Of a stretch of DNA of 64,000 nucleotides, positions 48,301 to 56,736 are shown piece by piece. Position 1 is the first letter of the stretch. Each line of letters begins with the position of its first letter. The notes under the pieces are model-generated. The model did no database searches, was not told the origin of the DNA, and saw only the letters and a program-made list of their open reading frames with translations. The translations under genes and the position numbers were made by a program. Source of the stretch: a virus. Location: the IMG/VR virus record IMGVR_UViG_3300035670_000143, positions 1 through 64,000 of that record, one strand, 5' to 3'.

Positions 48301-49079
48301 GAAGAAGTGTGACAAAAAAAGATATATCAACATTTGCTCATCTTGATATGATATATAATCATATTAGAGTGTTAGAAGCTCAGCAAAATACTACTAAGTT
48401 TAAATGTCTTGGGTCTGGCGAGTGTTGCAAAATAGGTTTGGTTATACCAATGGCTGAATGTGCTCATATTGCATTCAGATTAAACAAAGAGTATTATCTT
48501 AAACTTGAAGATCTTGGGGAGAATGCTGCAAATGAATGGCTGAACTCTGTAATCCAGTCTCTGAAAGAGGCGATGTTTGATGAAGACTGGCAGGAGGGCG
48601 GGGAAACAACTCGCCATTGCGCCTTCTACAAGGGTGGATGTACTATCTATGGATTTAGGCCGATGGTGTGTCGTACATTTGGAACTATTACGAATGTAGA
48701 TAACTACTGCCCTAGAATTCGTAATGCTGAGAATGGCATTGATTTTTACGGTGGTGAGCCAGTCCAGGCAATCATTAAAGAATATCAGAGTCTTCTAAAA
48801 GAATATGCTTCTGACAAAGACCATAACTATGACATGACAGTGTATATGGCAACTGGTGTTTTAAGCTTCATGCTTCCTATTGAAGAATTGCAGGAACTCC
48901 ACGAAAAGACCCCCGAAAAATTCTGGAAGGGGGTCAAGGGGTGGTACAATTACCGTGTGGAATTTACCAGACTTCACGGCTATGATTACAATCATTTGCT
49001 TGCTTGCTCCGAAGAGGACGGCATCCCGTTGGTCTTTCCAGATTCTGCACCACTATCTTTTAATGAAAGCGAGGGTTAA
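48297..49079 (+). CDS. YkgJ/CxxCxxCC-family Cys-cluster (Fe-S or Zn) protein
   Basis: CLGSGECC..CAFY..GCTIYGFRPMVCRTF..CP. Confidence 0.75.
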   Translation: MRRSVTKKDISTFAHLDMIYNHIRVLEAQQNTTKFKCLGSGECCKIGLVIPMAECAHIAFRLNKEYYLKLEDLGENAANEWLNSVIQSLKEAMFDEDWQEGGETTRHCAFYKGGCTIYGFRPMVCRTFGTITNVDNYCPRIRNAENGIDFYGGEPVQAIIKEYQSLLKEYASDKDHNYDMTVYMATGVLSFMLPIEELQELHEKTPEKFWKGVKGWYNYRVEFTRLHGYDYNHLLACSEEDGIPLVFPDSAPLSFNESEG

Positions 49080-49174
49080 TGGTAATTAAAGAAGTTCGAG
49101 AAGTTAGAAATAAGATTTTTGACAATGGGAAGATCAGAATCTTTGAAATAACTTCTGAAAAGTTAGCAAAGTAG
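49079..49174 (+). CDS. 31 aa hypothetical protein
   Basis: TAATG coupling, SD GAGG; MVIKEVREVRNKIFDNGKIRIFEITSEKLAK. Confidence 0.45.
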   Translation: MVIKEVREVRNKIFDNGKIRIFEITSEKLAK

Positions 49175-49213
49175 TCAAACAGGGAGGGATTTTCCCTCCC
49201 TGTTTGATATAAT
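49175..49213 (+). terminator. 15 bp hairpin whose 3' arm runs into extended -10 TGATATAAT
   Basis: TCAAACAGGGAGGGA-ttt-TCCCTCCCTGTTTGA-tataat. Confidence 0.75.
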
Positions 49214-49219
49214 TTGTAT

Positions 49220-50260
49220 GTGAAAAAACTGGTGTGGTTGACCCACTCTCATTTAAAATTGGGTGATGGCTATGGATACGCTGCCGATAACATACTTAGT
49301 AGGCTAAAAAAAACATTCACGTTTGCGTACCCACCTAGCTCCCCATCTGACTTAGAATTACCTCCTGGCGTTGGCTATTCTGTTGAGTGTAAATGCCCAG
49401 AAAGCATAACATTTCAGAATGGTCTGCCCCCATATTTTAATAATCATGGTAAATATAATGTAGGTTTTTGTTATTGGGAAACAGATAAAGTGCCAGATGG
49501 ATGGATTCCTCATATGCAAAGAATGGACGAAATTTGGACTACATCTGATTTTGTATATAACGTATTCAAATCTTGCAATGTAAATGAAAATATTTATAAA
49601 TTCAATCTCGGATTTGATAATAATGTTTTTACAAAAACAGAGTCTACTCCCAATGGCCCGTTTACGTTCTTGTCTATCGGATCCCCCTCAACCAGGAAGA
49701 ATAGTCAGATTGCTGTTGATGCTTTTGTAAAAGTCAAAAGCAAGTACAAAGATATTAGATTAATATATAAGTCCAGTGGCCCCCCTGACGCTCGTTTATA
49801 TCATGGCAATATGAGGCAAGCTTTGTATAACGTGCCATATATAAATGTTATTGACACAATTCTTTCTGAGCAAGAATATGCTGATATGTATAGAAAGGCT
49901 CATTGTCTTATATATCCAACAAGTGGTGAAGGCTGGGGTATGATACCATTTCAAGCTATTGCTATGGGTATTCCTACAATATGTACAAATGCTACTTCAT
50001 GCACTGAGTATTCTGATTTGTCTATTCCTTTAAATTTTGAATGGTCACCTGTGCAAATGGGTGGTGTGTATAGTAATACAGGGAATTGGGCTATGCCGAG
50101 CTTAGATGACTTATGTGATAAAATGATATATGCAATTGAAAATTATGAATATGAAAAAGATAGAGCTTTGTCTGCCGCAGATTTTCTACATGAAAATTAC
50201 ACTTGGGACATAGTTTCAAAGGACTATAAAGATAGAATATGGGAAATATTGAAAAAGTAG
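49220..50260 (+). CDS. GT-B glycosyltransferase (family 4-like)
   Basis: YWET, DEIWTTS, RKN, PTSGEGWGMIPFQAIAMGIPTI. Confidence 0.85.
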   Translation: MKKLVWLTHSHLKLGDGYGYAADNILSRLKKTFTFAYPPSSPSDLELPPGVGYSVECKCPESITFQNGLPPYFNNHGKYNVGFCYWETDKVPDGWIPHMQRMDEIWTTSDFVYNVFKSCNVNENIYKFNLGFDNNVFTKTESTPNGPFTFLSIGSPSTRKNSQIAVDAFVKVKSKYKDIRLIYKSSGPPDARLYHGNMRQALYNVPYINVIDTILSEQEYADMYRKAHCLIYPTSGEGWGMIPFQAIAMGIPTICTNATSCTEYSDLSIPLNFEWSPVQMGGVYSNTGNWAMPSLDDLCDKMIYAIENYEYEKDRALSAADFLHENYTWDIVSKDYKDRIWEILKK

Positions 50261-50793
50261 AAGAAAAAAGCATTTTTGATAAATTAAAAGATATTGAAAA
50301 TGTCGGTTTGCTACATGTAAAAGGCTACTCCAATTCGGAAATTGGATCTTTGATGGCTCTTAAACCTGCTGATGTAAAAGATTATATCGCTGAGTACAAG
50401 AAGATACTGCAACAGCAAGTTGATTCTGATCCGTACTTCTTGGAGAGAGTCCAGTTCAATACTGTTAAGTCACTTCAGGAGTTTGATGAATTATCAAAGG
50501 AAGCATGGGAAACTATATCCATTGCTACCGAGCACGGCATGGTTGCTGCAAGGATCCAGGCTATTAAGTTAGCCGGCGAGATTGCTTCTAAAAAGGCTCA
50601 ACTTCATAAACTACTAGGTGCTTCCACCACCGACACAGAATTTGTTGCTCGAATGCAAAAGGCAGAAAGCGTGAACCAGATTCTGTCAAGAGTCCTCAGA
50701 GATGTAATTGGCCGCTACCCAGAAATCGCTGATGAGGTAAGAAAAGAACTTGAAATAGCATTTGAAATAATGAGTTCTTCAAATGCCTCATAA
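50239..50793 (+). CDS. Probable terminase small subunit
   Basis: HTH-like KGYSNSEIGSLM, helical, directly upstream of terL. Confidence 0.55.
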   Translation: MGNIEKVEEKSIFDKLKDIENVGLLHVKGYSNSEIGSLMALKPADVKDYIAEYKKILQQQVDSDPYFLERVQFNTVKSLQEFDELSKEAWETISIATEHGMVAARIQAIKLAGEIASKKAQLHKLLGASTTDTEFVARMQKAESVNQILSRVLRDVIGRYPEIADEVRKELEIAFEIMSSSNAS

Positions 50794-50900
50794 CAAGGAA
50801 CGGAAAAAAATCGCATTATATATGAAAAAATCATTATACCAAGTAAGTACAAGGAGGCCCATTTACATGTATGTTTTTGGTGACACAAAGGTAATTACCC

Positions 50901-52637
50901 ATGTCTGACTATCTCGGCCTAAATCTAGAATACAAAGATTTTGATCGTCTTCTTCGTCAAGAAGAACTTGTCGAAGAACCGGTGTCTATTCAAACCTTTG
51001 TTCAGGACAAGAAGTACTTGGGGCTTCCACCATTATCCCCTATCCAGCTCGAAATTGTACGTCATTCTACACAAATCTTTAAAAAACATACGTTAATTAA
51101 GTTAATGGGTGAACAAGAAGGTGAGGAGTGGTATAACAAGTATACAGATAATGAAGTTATTTGCATGTTAGGAAAAGGTAGTGGTAAAGACCATTGTGCA
51201 AGAATATCCGTAGCTTATACAGCGTATCTTCTTCACTGCTTAAGAGATCCGTTAAATTACTATGGCAAAGCTACTGGTGTTTATGTTGATCTTCTTAACC
51301 TAGCCGTCAACGCTCAGCAAGCTCAAAGAGTGTTCTTTGAGCCTTTAAAAAACTTGCTTCTTTCTTCTCCATATTTTAATGAAGTAGGTTTTGAGCCGAG
51401 AGTGTCTGAAATCTTTTTCTTTTCTAGACCAGTTAGATGTTTCTCTGGTCACTCTGAGAGTGAAGGATGGGAAGGTTATGAAGTGCTTACTATCATTCTT
51501 GACGAGATCTCTGCTTTTAAAACCGACGCTGAACTTCGTGGTGAAACAAGAGCCAAAGGTTCAGCTTCTGCAATTTATAACATGAGTAAGTTATCTGTTA
51601 TGTCTCGTTTCCCTGAGGTTGGCAAAGTCATCCTTCTATCATTCCCTAGATATAAGGGCGACTTTATTCAGCAAAGATATTTCTCTGCTAATGATAAGAT
51701 GGAACCAAAAACCTGGACGGTTAAAGCGGCAACATGGGAAGTTAATCCAACAATTAAAAGAGAAGATCTTGAGTCAGAGTTTATTAGAAATCCTATTGAA
51801 GCAAGAGCTCGTTTTGAATGTGAGCCTCCCAACATGGAAGATGCTTTCTTTAGAGATCCAGATCTTGTAAGAGCAGCATTTTCTTATGCTGATGATCCTC
51901 TTAATGAGGATGGCACTTACAAAAAATGGTTCAATAATCAGGACAACCATGTTCGTTTTATTCATGTCGATCTTGGTTTGAAGAGGGACCGCGCTGCTTT
52001 AGCCATGTCTCACTGCTCTGGATTTACAGAAGTTAAGACGGGGATTGGTGTTGAAACATTGCCAATTATTAATGTTGATTTTGTAACGTCATGGGAAGCA
52101 GCTCACGGTCAAGAAATTAACTTTGCTTCAATTAGAAGTATGATCGTAGAACTGTGTAGAAAATTTGATGTTGGACTAGTAACTTTTGACAGGTGGCAGT
52201 CTGTAGAAATGATACAGTCGCTTAGATCTCAAAATATTAATGCAGACTTTAGATCTGTTAAGAAGTCAGACTACGACAGCTTAATGACTGCTATTTACGA
52301 TAGACGATTGAGAGGTTATTGGAATGAGTTACTTGTTGAAGAGGAACTGTTAAAGCTCAGGCTTTTTGCTAATAATAAGATTGATCACCCGGCTGAGGGT
52401 TCAAAGGATCTTGCTGACGCTGTTGCTGGATCTGTTGCTTGTTGTATCGATAACATCGCTATCGAATCGGAAATGGATATTGAAATCTTGCGTCCTGGTA
52501 TTGATTGGGAGAATGACGAAGAAGAACTCGGCTACGGCACGGTTAGAATTTATGATGGTAATGTCAATGAGTTTATCCCTGGTTACAGCAAATCCTCTCC
52601 GCAAGGCTTGGAAGACTTGTGGTTGGAAAACTTATAG
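50901..52637 (+). CDS. terL: Terminase large subunit
   Basis: GKGSGKD Walker A, IILDE Walker B, HVDLG and KDLADA nuclease motifs. Confidence 0.9.
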   Translation: MSDYLGLNLEYKDFDRLLRQEELVEEPVSIQTFVQDKKYLGLPPLSPIQLEIVRHSTQIFKKHTLIKLMGEQEGEEWYNKYTDNEVICMLGKGSGKDHCARISVAYTAYLLHCLRDPLNYYGKATGVYVDLLNLAVNAQQAQRVFFEPLKNLLLSSPYFNEVGFEPRVSEIFFFSRPVRCFSGHSESEGWEGYEVLTIILDEISAFKTDAELRGETRAKGSASAIYNMSKLSVMSRFPEVGKVILLSFPRYKGDFIQQRYFSANDKMEPKTWTVKAATWEVNPTIKREDLESEFIRNPIEARARFECEPPNMEDAFFRDPDLVRAAFSYADDPLNEDGTYKKWFNNQDNHVRFIHVDLGLKRDRAALAMSHCSGFTEVKTGIGVETLPIINVDFVTSWEAAHGQEINFASIRSMIVELCRKFDVGLVTFDRWQSVEMIQSLRSQNINADFRSVKKSDYDSLMTAIYDRRLRGYWNELLVEEELLKLRLFANNKIDHPAEGSKDLADAVAGSVACCIDNIAIESEMDIEILRPGIDWENDEEELGYGTVRIYDGNVNEFIPGYSKSSPQGLEDLWLENL

Positions 52638-52683
52638 GCTTTTCCGCTACAACAAATTTTTTTTTAAAAAAGTCGTTTTTCTG

Positions 52684-52730
52684 TAGCAAGGCCCCGTTGG
52701 GCGAGATACTATGTCTTTCGACAACGGGGC
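52684..52730 (+). promoter_or_regulatory. Candidate promoter TAGCAA-N17-TACTAT bracketed by inverted repeat GCCCCGTTG/CAACGGGGC
   Basis: Arms 52691-52699 and 52722-52730; -10 at 52707-52712; A/T tract upstream. Confidence 0.55.
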
Positions 52731-52762
52731 GACCGACCCCACCACACAGATAGGAAATACAA

Positions 52763-53080
52763 ATGCTTTCAATCAAGGAAACAGAAAACTTTCCGGCAAT
52801 CACTCGCAGTGGCCGTGTCTCGGCTGAATTGCAAATGATTATCGACTGCCTTATTGAGTCATCGAATACCGACAAGTCCTATGTTATCGAAGGAGTTGAT
52901 CATGGTAATTCGTATAACTCAATGCAGCAGAGAATCCGCACTCAGGCTAAGAAGTTAGGCTTGACTGTTAAGATCTCTCATGATCGTAACAATAGCGAGC
53001 TTTATTTCAAGGCTTCTCGTCCGGTTGATTCTGTTGTTAGCACAAAGAGCAAGTCGAAGAAGTCTTCGGACACAATCTAA
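52763..53080 (+). CDS. Small basic hypothetical protein, possibly DNA-binding
   Basis: SD AGGA; Lys/Ser-rich tail; own promoter and terminator candidates. Confidence 0.7.
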   Translation: MLSIKETENFPAITRSGRVSAELQMIIDCLIESSNTDKSYVIEGVDHGNSYNSMQQRIRTQAKKLGLTVKISHDRNNSELYFKASRPVDSVVSTKSKSKKSSDTI

Positions 53081-53094
53081 TTTTAAACAATTAC

Positions 53095-53143
53095 AAAAAA
53101 GCGCCGGCTCGCAATGAGCCGGCGCTTTTTTTTTTGCTATAAT
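53095..53143 (+). terminator. Intrinsic terminator whose T-tract runs into extended -10 TGCTATAAT
   Basis: AAAAAAGCGCCGGCTC-gcaat-GAGCCGGCGC-T10-GCTATAAT. Confidence 0.85.
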
Positions 53144-53149
53144 GCTTGT

Positions 53150-53986
53150 ATGCTTTCTACTGAAGAAATTAAAATTGAAATTGATAAAGATCAAATTAAC
53201 ACATGGTATCCGATGTTTGCTTTGCCATGTTATGACCGTCAAATTACTGAGCCGTTCTTTATGTCTATGATGAGAACTGCTATGAGATTTAGAGAACTTG
53301 GCTTGAGATTTGCTGTTAGTACAATCAGTGATTCTCTAATAAATAGAGGTAGAAATCAACTTGTTGCTAAATTTATGGCTAATCCTGATTTCACACACCT
53401 AATGTTTATTGATGTTGATCTTGGATTTGATGCTGATGATATCCTAAAGCTCCTTTGGCATGATAAGGATATTATGACTGGTGCTTATCCGATTAAAGAA
53501 ATTAATTGGGAAAAAGTCAAAGAGAAGGCTGCATACTTAGAGCCGGATCAATTGATGGAAACATCTCTTAGATACGTGGTTAATCCTGCTTATCACGGTG
53601 AGAATCGTGTAAAGGTTAATAATGGTGCTCTCTCTATTTATGATGCTGGCACTGGCTTTATGTTGATTAAAAGGTCTGTATTTGAAAAAATGTTTGAGCA
53701 TTATCCTGAACTGAAGTACCGTGATGATACGGGTTCTTTGAAGGGTGAAGAACTGAATAACTCATATGCTCTGTTTAATAGTTATGTCGATGAAACTGGC
53801 CGCTTCCTGTCAGAAGATTATGGCTTTGGCCGCTACTGGCAAAAAATAGGTGGTGAGGTATGGGTGGATCCATCTATTAAACTAACTCATCTCGGCAGAA
53901 TGGAATACACAGGAACTCTTGTTAACTGGCTGGTTGAAAATGCTAGAGCTAATCCTGTTAAGTCCTCAGACCCAGAGACAGAGTAG
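53150..53986 (+). CDS. GT-A-fold glycosyltransferase-like protein
   Basis: SLINRGRN, HLMFIDVD (DxD), AGTGFMLIKR, LSEDY, LTHLG. Confidence 0.75.
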   Translation: MLSTEEIKIEIDKDQINTWYPMFALPCYDRQITEPFFMSMMRTAMRFRELGLRFAVSTISDSLINRGRNQLVAKFMANPDFTHLMFIDVDLGFDADDILKLLWHDKDIMTGAYPIKEINWEKVKEKAAYLEPDQLMETSLRYVVNPAYHGENRVKVNNGALSIYDAGTGFMLIKRSVFEKMFEHYPELKYRDDTGSLKGEELNNSYALFNSYVDETGRFLSEDYGFGRYWQKIGGEVWVDPSIKLTHLGRMEYTGTLVNWLVENARANPVKSSDPETE

Positions 53987-54450
53987 CCCCTATTACATAT
54001 AGCATTACTGGTCTCCTAAAAATTTGAAAATGATCTGGGAACCGACTCGTCCTGTATTTCGTCGTATGCGCCAAAAATTTGTACTAAAATTTGCAAAAAA
54101 CATTTACAAACACAGCCCCGTTCGCAAAGTCTTTTGTTTTGAGTTTGCCAATGTGTTTCGTGCTTAGCTTTGTGCTAAATCTCGAGCTTGATTGTAAAAC
54201 CATTGCGGCCTGACATTTACAAACTGCGGCGAAGCTCTGGCGTGTGAGATGATCTAACTCTTTCGCAAACTCTTAACGATTCATTGCGGAATTAAATTTT
54301 TCTAGACTTTGTTGAGTTACGACTTGACAGCGGAATTTCCATGACCTAAACTTGCGGTATGTTATCAGATTTCTCTCAAAGACCAGCGGAAATCTTATGC
54401 TTATTTCTTTGCCCAAACTTTATCCAAATACAAAGCGAAAGGTAATGGTA
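53987..54450. other. Non-coding module boundary with short repeats; candidate genome terminus, pac site or origin
   Basis: ACATTTACAAAC x2, TTCGCAAA x2, AAAATTTG x3, CATTGCGG x2. Confidence 0.5.
54324..54352 (+). promoter_or_regulatory. Sigma70-type early promoter TTGACA-N17-TAAACT
   Basis: -35 at 54324-54329, -10 at 54347-54352, heading the small-gene region. Confidence 0.8.
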
Positions 54451-54741
54451 ATGTCAAATCCCGATGTTATTCGTCTATCTTCTGTGGACTCTCAGCGCAG
54501 ATCAAATCGTAAGCGCAAGCCAAAGTATTCCACTAAGCCCTGGGAATACAAAGACGAAGAGGGTCGTATTGCTTATGTCTCAGCCCTTGTTCGTTCAAAC
54601 ATTCGTCGTCAAGAAAGGCTAAACGGGGCTTACAACCCAGACAAAGATCCTTTCCTTCCTTTGCTCAATACTGACGACATTTACAAACTTCAACTCAATG
54701 CCATTCTTCCTCTCAACTATCAAGGAGATACCAATGTCTGA
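54451..54741 (+). CDS. Basic hypothetical protein (first early gene)
   Basis: SD GAAAGG 8 nt before ATG 54451. Confidence 0.65.
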   Translation: MSNPDVIRLSSVDSQRRSNRKRKPKYSTKPWEYKDEEGRIAYVSALVRSNIRRQERLNGAYNPDKDPFLPLLNTDDIYKLQLNAILPLNYQGDTNV

Positions 54742-55111
54742 TCATCTGCCGCAGAAAATACAAAACCTTATCGGTGTCGAAGTGTGTGACGGTGACAAAG
54801 ATTATGGCACTGTTGTTGATGCTGTTGCTGTTGTTAGTGGTGGTAATACGAGCTGGGAAGTTGTAACTAATCGTGGTTACAGTATTTCAGCAAATCAGTT
54901 GCTCAATCTTCTTGCTCAGATCAACTATCTCGAAAAGTTAGAGCAAGTCGATGAGTATGCTCAACATCAAGTTCTGCCCCCTGTTCTTCCTTATTCGCAA
55001 GACAAAAAGTTTAGCTGGGGTGGTGCTAAGCCTTATAGCAATGGTGGTATTAGTAATGTTGCCATTGTGAATGGTGAGCGTATCAACATTTCAAATCGTT
55101 TCGAAAAATAA
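54734..55111 (+). CDS. Hypothetical protein
   Basis: SD AAGGAG. Confidence 0.7.
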   Translation: MSDHLPQKIQNLIGVEVCDGDKDYGTVVDAVAVVSGGNTSWEVVTNRGYSISANQLLNLLAQINYLEKLEQVDEYAQHQVLPPVLPYSQDKKFSWGGAKPYSNGGISNVAIVNGERINISNRFEK

Positions 55112-55130
55112 CAACTGAAAGGATAAGTCA

Positions 55131-55526
55131 ATGAATGAGTCTCAACTTGAAAAAGTAAGGCATGAGCTTTACGAACTCAAAATGTGTCACATGAAATTAC
55201 AAAATGCCATCCTTCATGCTCATAGAAATATTGAAGCTGTTGGTAGTATCTTGAAAAACTGTGGTATTGATGAAAAAGTAATTCAAGATATGAGTAGCAT
55301 TTTGTCTAATGAATGCGAAGTAATTGAAATGGAACTTGGTGAAATGGGAATTCGTAGATTTGGTGTTTATGGAAACATCATGACTGACGCACCTGGTTGG
55401 TTTCAAACTAATGCTCCATTTATGGTTCTTGAACCTGCTTGGGTTTATGATAAGAATGGTGAATGTGAGTTACTCATGTTTGGTGTTGGTATACATGCCA
55501 ATAGTCAGAAAGGTGTTAATCTGTAA
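55131..55526 (+). CDS. Hypothetical protein
   Basis: SD GAAAGG. Confidence 0.7.
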   Translation: MNESQLEKVRHELYELKMCHMKLQNAILHAHRNIEAVGSILKNCGIDEKVIQDMSSILSNECEVIEMELGEMGIRRFGVYGNIMTDAPGWFQTNAPFMVLEPAWVYDKNGECELLMFGVGIHANSQKGVNL

Positions 55527-55738
55527 TGATTAGCGAACTTCATTTTTATACAGATGGCAGTTTCTTTGCCAAAGATATAAGCGGTTCAAAGACTGCTATT
55601 CAAGTTCTTCATTGTGGTTGTGAGATAAATACTCATCAACCAATGAGGTTATTCAGAGTAGAGAAAGGCTCTACGACTCCATGCCCAAATGGTCATGGTA
55701 ATCAAAAGACAAAGCAAGTTATGTCGAAAGGTTTCTAG
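55526..55738 (+). CDS. Small Cys/His hypothetical protein
   Basis: TAATG coupling; HCGC..CPNGH. Confidence 0.6.
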   Translation: MISELHFYTDGSFFAKDISGSKTAIQVLHCGCEINTHQPMRLFRVEKGSTTPCPNGHGNQKTKQVMSKGF

Positions 55739-55741
55739 TCT

Positions 55742-55930
55742 ATGAGAAAAAAAAGAAAGTGCTCAGATAAATCTCAATGGTCAGATGATTTCTTCTCTGC
55801 TTTTGTGAATGAGTCTTTTTCTATCGGTACTGGTAATAACTGGCAAGCATTTGAAAATGCAAAAAGAAAAGTTGGTGACAACTTGTCACCAGAATCAAAT
55901 CCGTATGATCAATGGTGGAAAGGAAAGTAA
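55742..55930 (+). CDS. Hypothetical protein
   Basis: ORF in a tightly packed run. Confidence 0.55.
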   Translation: MRKKRKCSDKSQWSDDFFSAFVNESFSIGTGNNWQAFENAKRKVGDNLSPESNPYDQWWKGK

Positions 55931-56157
55931 TGAAAGATTTCGATTGTTTCTTCATTGAAACTCTGAGTGAATACATCTCAGAAAAGCCAGCAAATACTCC
56001 ATTTGGAAAGTTCTTGTTTGTTCAAATCAATCAGAATAATCCAGATTGTGCTGCTGACATTATTGCTACTGAAAACGATCCGTATTATTGTGCTGGTTCG
56101 ATTTCACAAGAATTGTACGATGGTATGAAGAAAGCGTGGGTTGCTAATGCATCGTGA
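55930..56157 (+). CDS. Hypothetical protein
   Basis: TAATG coupling; DPYY motif. Confidence 0.6.
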   Translation: MKDFDCFFIETLSEYISEKPANTPFGKFLFVQINQNNPDCAADIIATENDPYYCAGSISQELYDGMKKAWVANAS

Positions 56158-56317
56158 ACTTCTTATTCTTAGAGCTATGAATCAGTTTGGCTGGACAAAG
56201 CCATTTGCTACAGAATATATCATGGAAAGAACATACAATGGTCTTTCTCATGCCTCAGCTTACTCTGCTGCAATGAATTCAACTTACGTTTCTCAAAAAG
56301 ATAAGCCGAGGGGGTGA
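56147..56317 (+). CDS. 56 aa hypothetical protein (not in the ORF track)
   Basis: MHRELLILRAMNQFGWTK..; fills the gap. Confidence 0.5.
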   Translation: MHRELLILRAMNQFGWTKPFATEYIMERTYNGLSHASAYSAAMNSTYVSQKDKPRG

Positions 56318-56320
56318 GTT

Positions 56321-56491
56321 ATGTTTGATGATGAATTTGTTCATGATTACATGGAAAGACTTAAAGAAGCAATGAATGATATTAAAAGCATCTCTGAGAT
56401 TCAGTTTTGTCAATCCATCATGAAATCAGATGATGGGTGGTTTATCTATGTATTAGATGAAAATGGAGAGGCTAACTGGGAAGGATTCTAG
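56321..56491 (+). CDS. 56 aa acidic hypothetical protein (not in the ORF track)
   Basis: MFDDEFVHDYMERLKE..; G-rich SD-like sequence upstream. Confidence 0.55.
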   Translation: MFDDEFVHDYMERLKEAMNDIKSISEIQFCQSIMKSDDGWFIYVLDENGEANWEGF

Positions 56492-56494
56492 ATT

Positions 56495-56725
56495 ATGGCA
56501 ACTTGTGTCTATTGCCTGTCAGATTATTCTGATGAGCGATCAGAACTTGGTTATGACTATTGTTTAGAAAAAGAATGTCAACATAAAGGATTAGGAAAGA
56601 GCAGGAGTGAGTTCTTAGATGAATACACCCCTGCTCTTTTGCATAAGTGCAACTATTTCTGGGTCAAGAAATCTGAGCTCAAGCAAGTTAATACAAGATC
56701 AGATCTTGACTCATTCGAATACTAG
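56495..56725 (+). CDS. Zn-finger hypothetical protein
   Basis: CVYC..ER.ELGYDYCL..C..LHK. Confidence 0.65.
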   Translation: MATCVYCLSDYSDERSELGYDYCLEKECQHKGLGKSRSEFLDEYTPALLHKCNYFWVKKSELKQVNTRSDLDSFEY

Positions 56726-56736
56726 AAAGATTGATT

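Noticed and set aside
39117-52637. Inteins or introns in DnaE, RecA or TerL
   Set aside because: Lengths are normal or short and I saw no splice motifs or frame breaks
54420-54428. TTATCCAAA as a DnaA box
   Set aside because: Single one-mismatch copy, expected by chance in AT-rich DNA
54352-54450. ORF-track upstream extension of the first early gene (similar cases at 8274, 38473, 53114)
   Set aside because: These extensions run through promoter or terminator elements; downstream ATGs fit better
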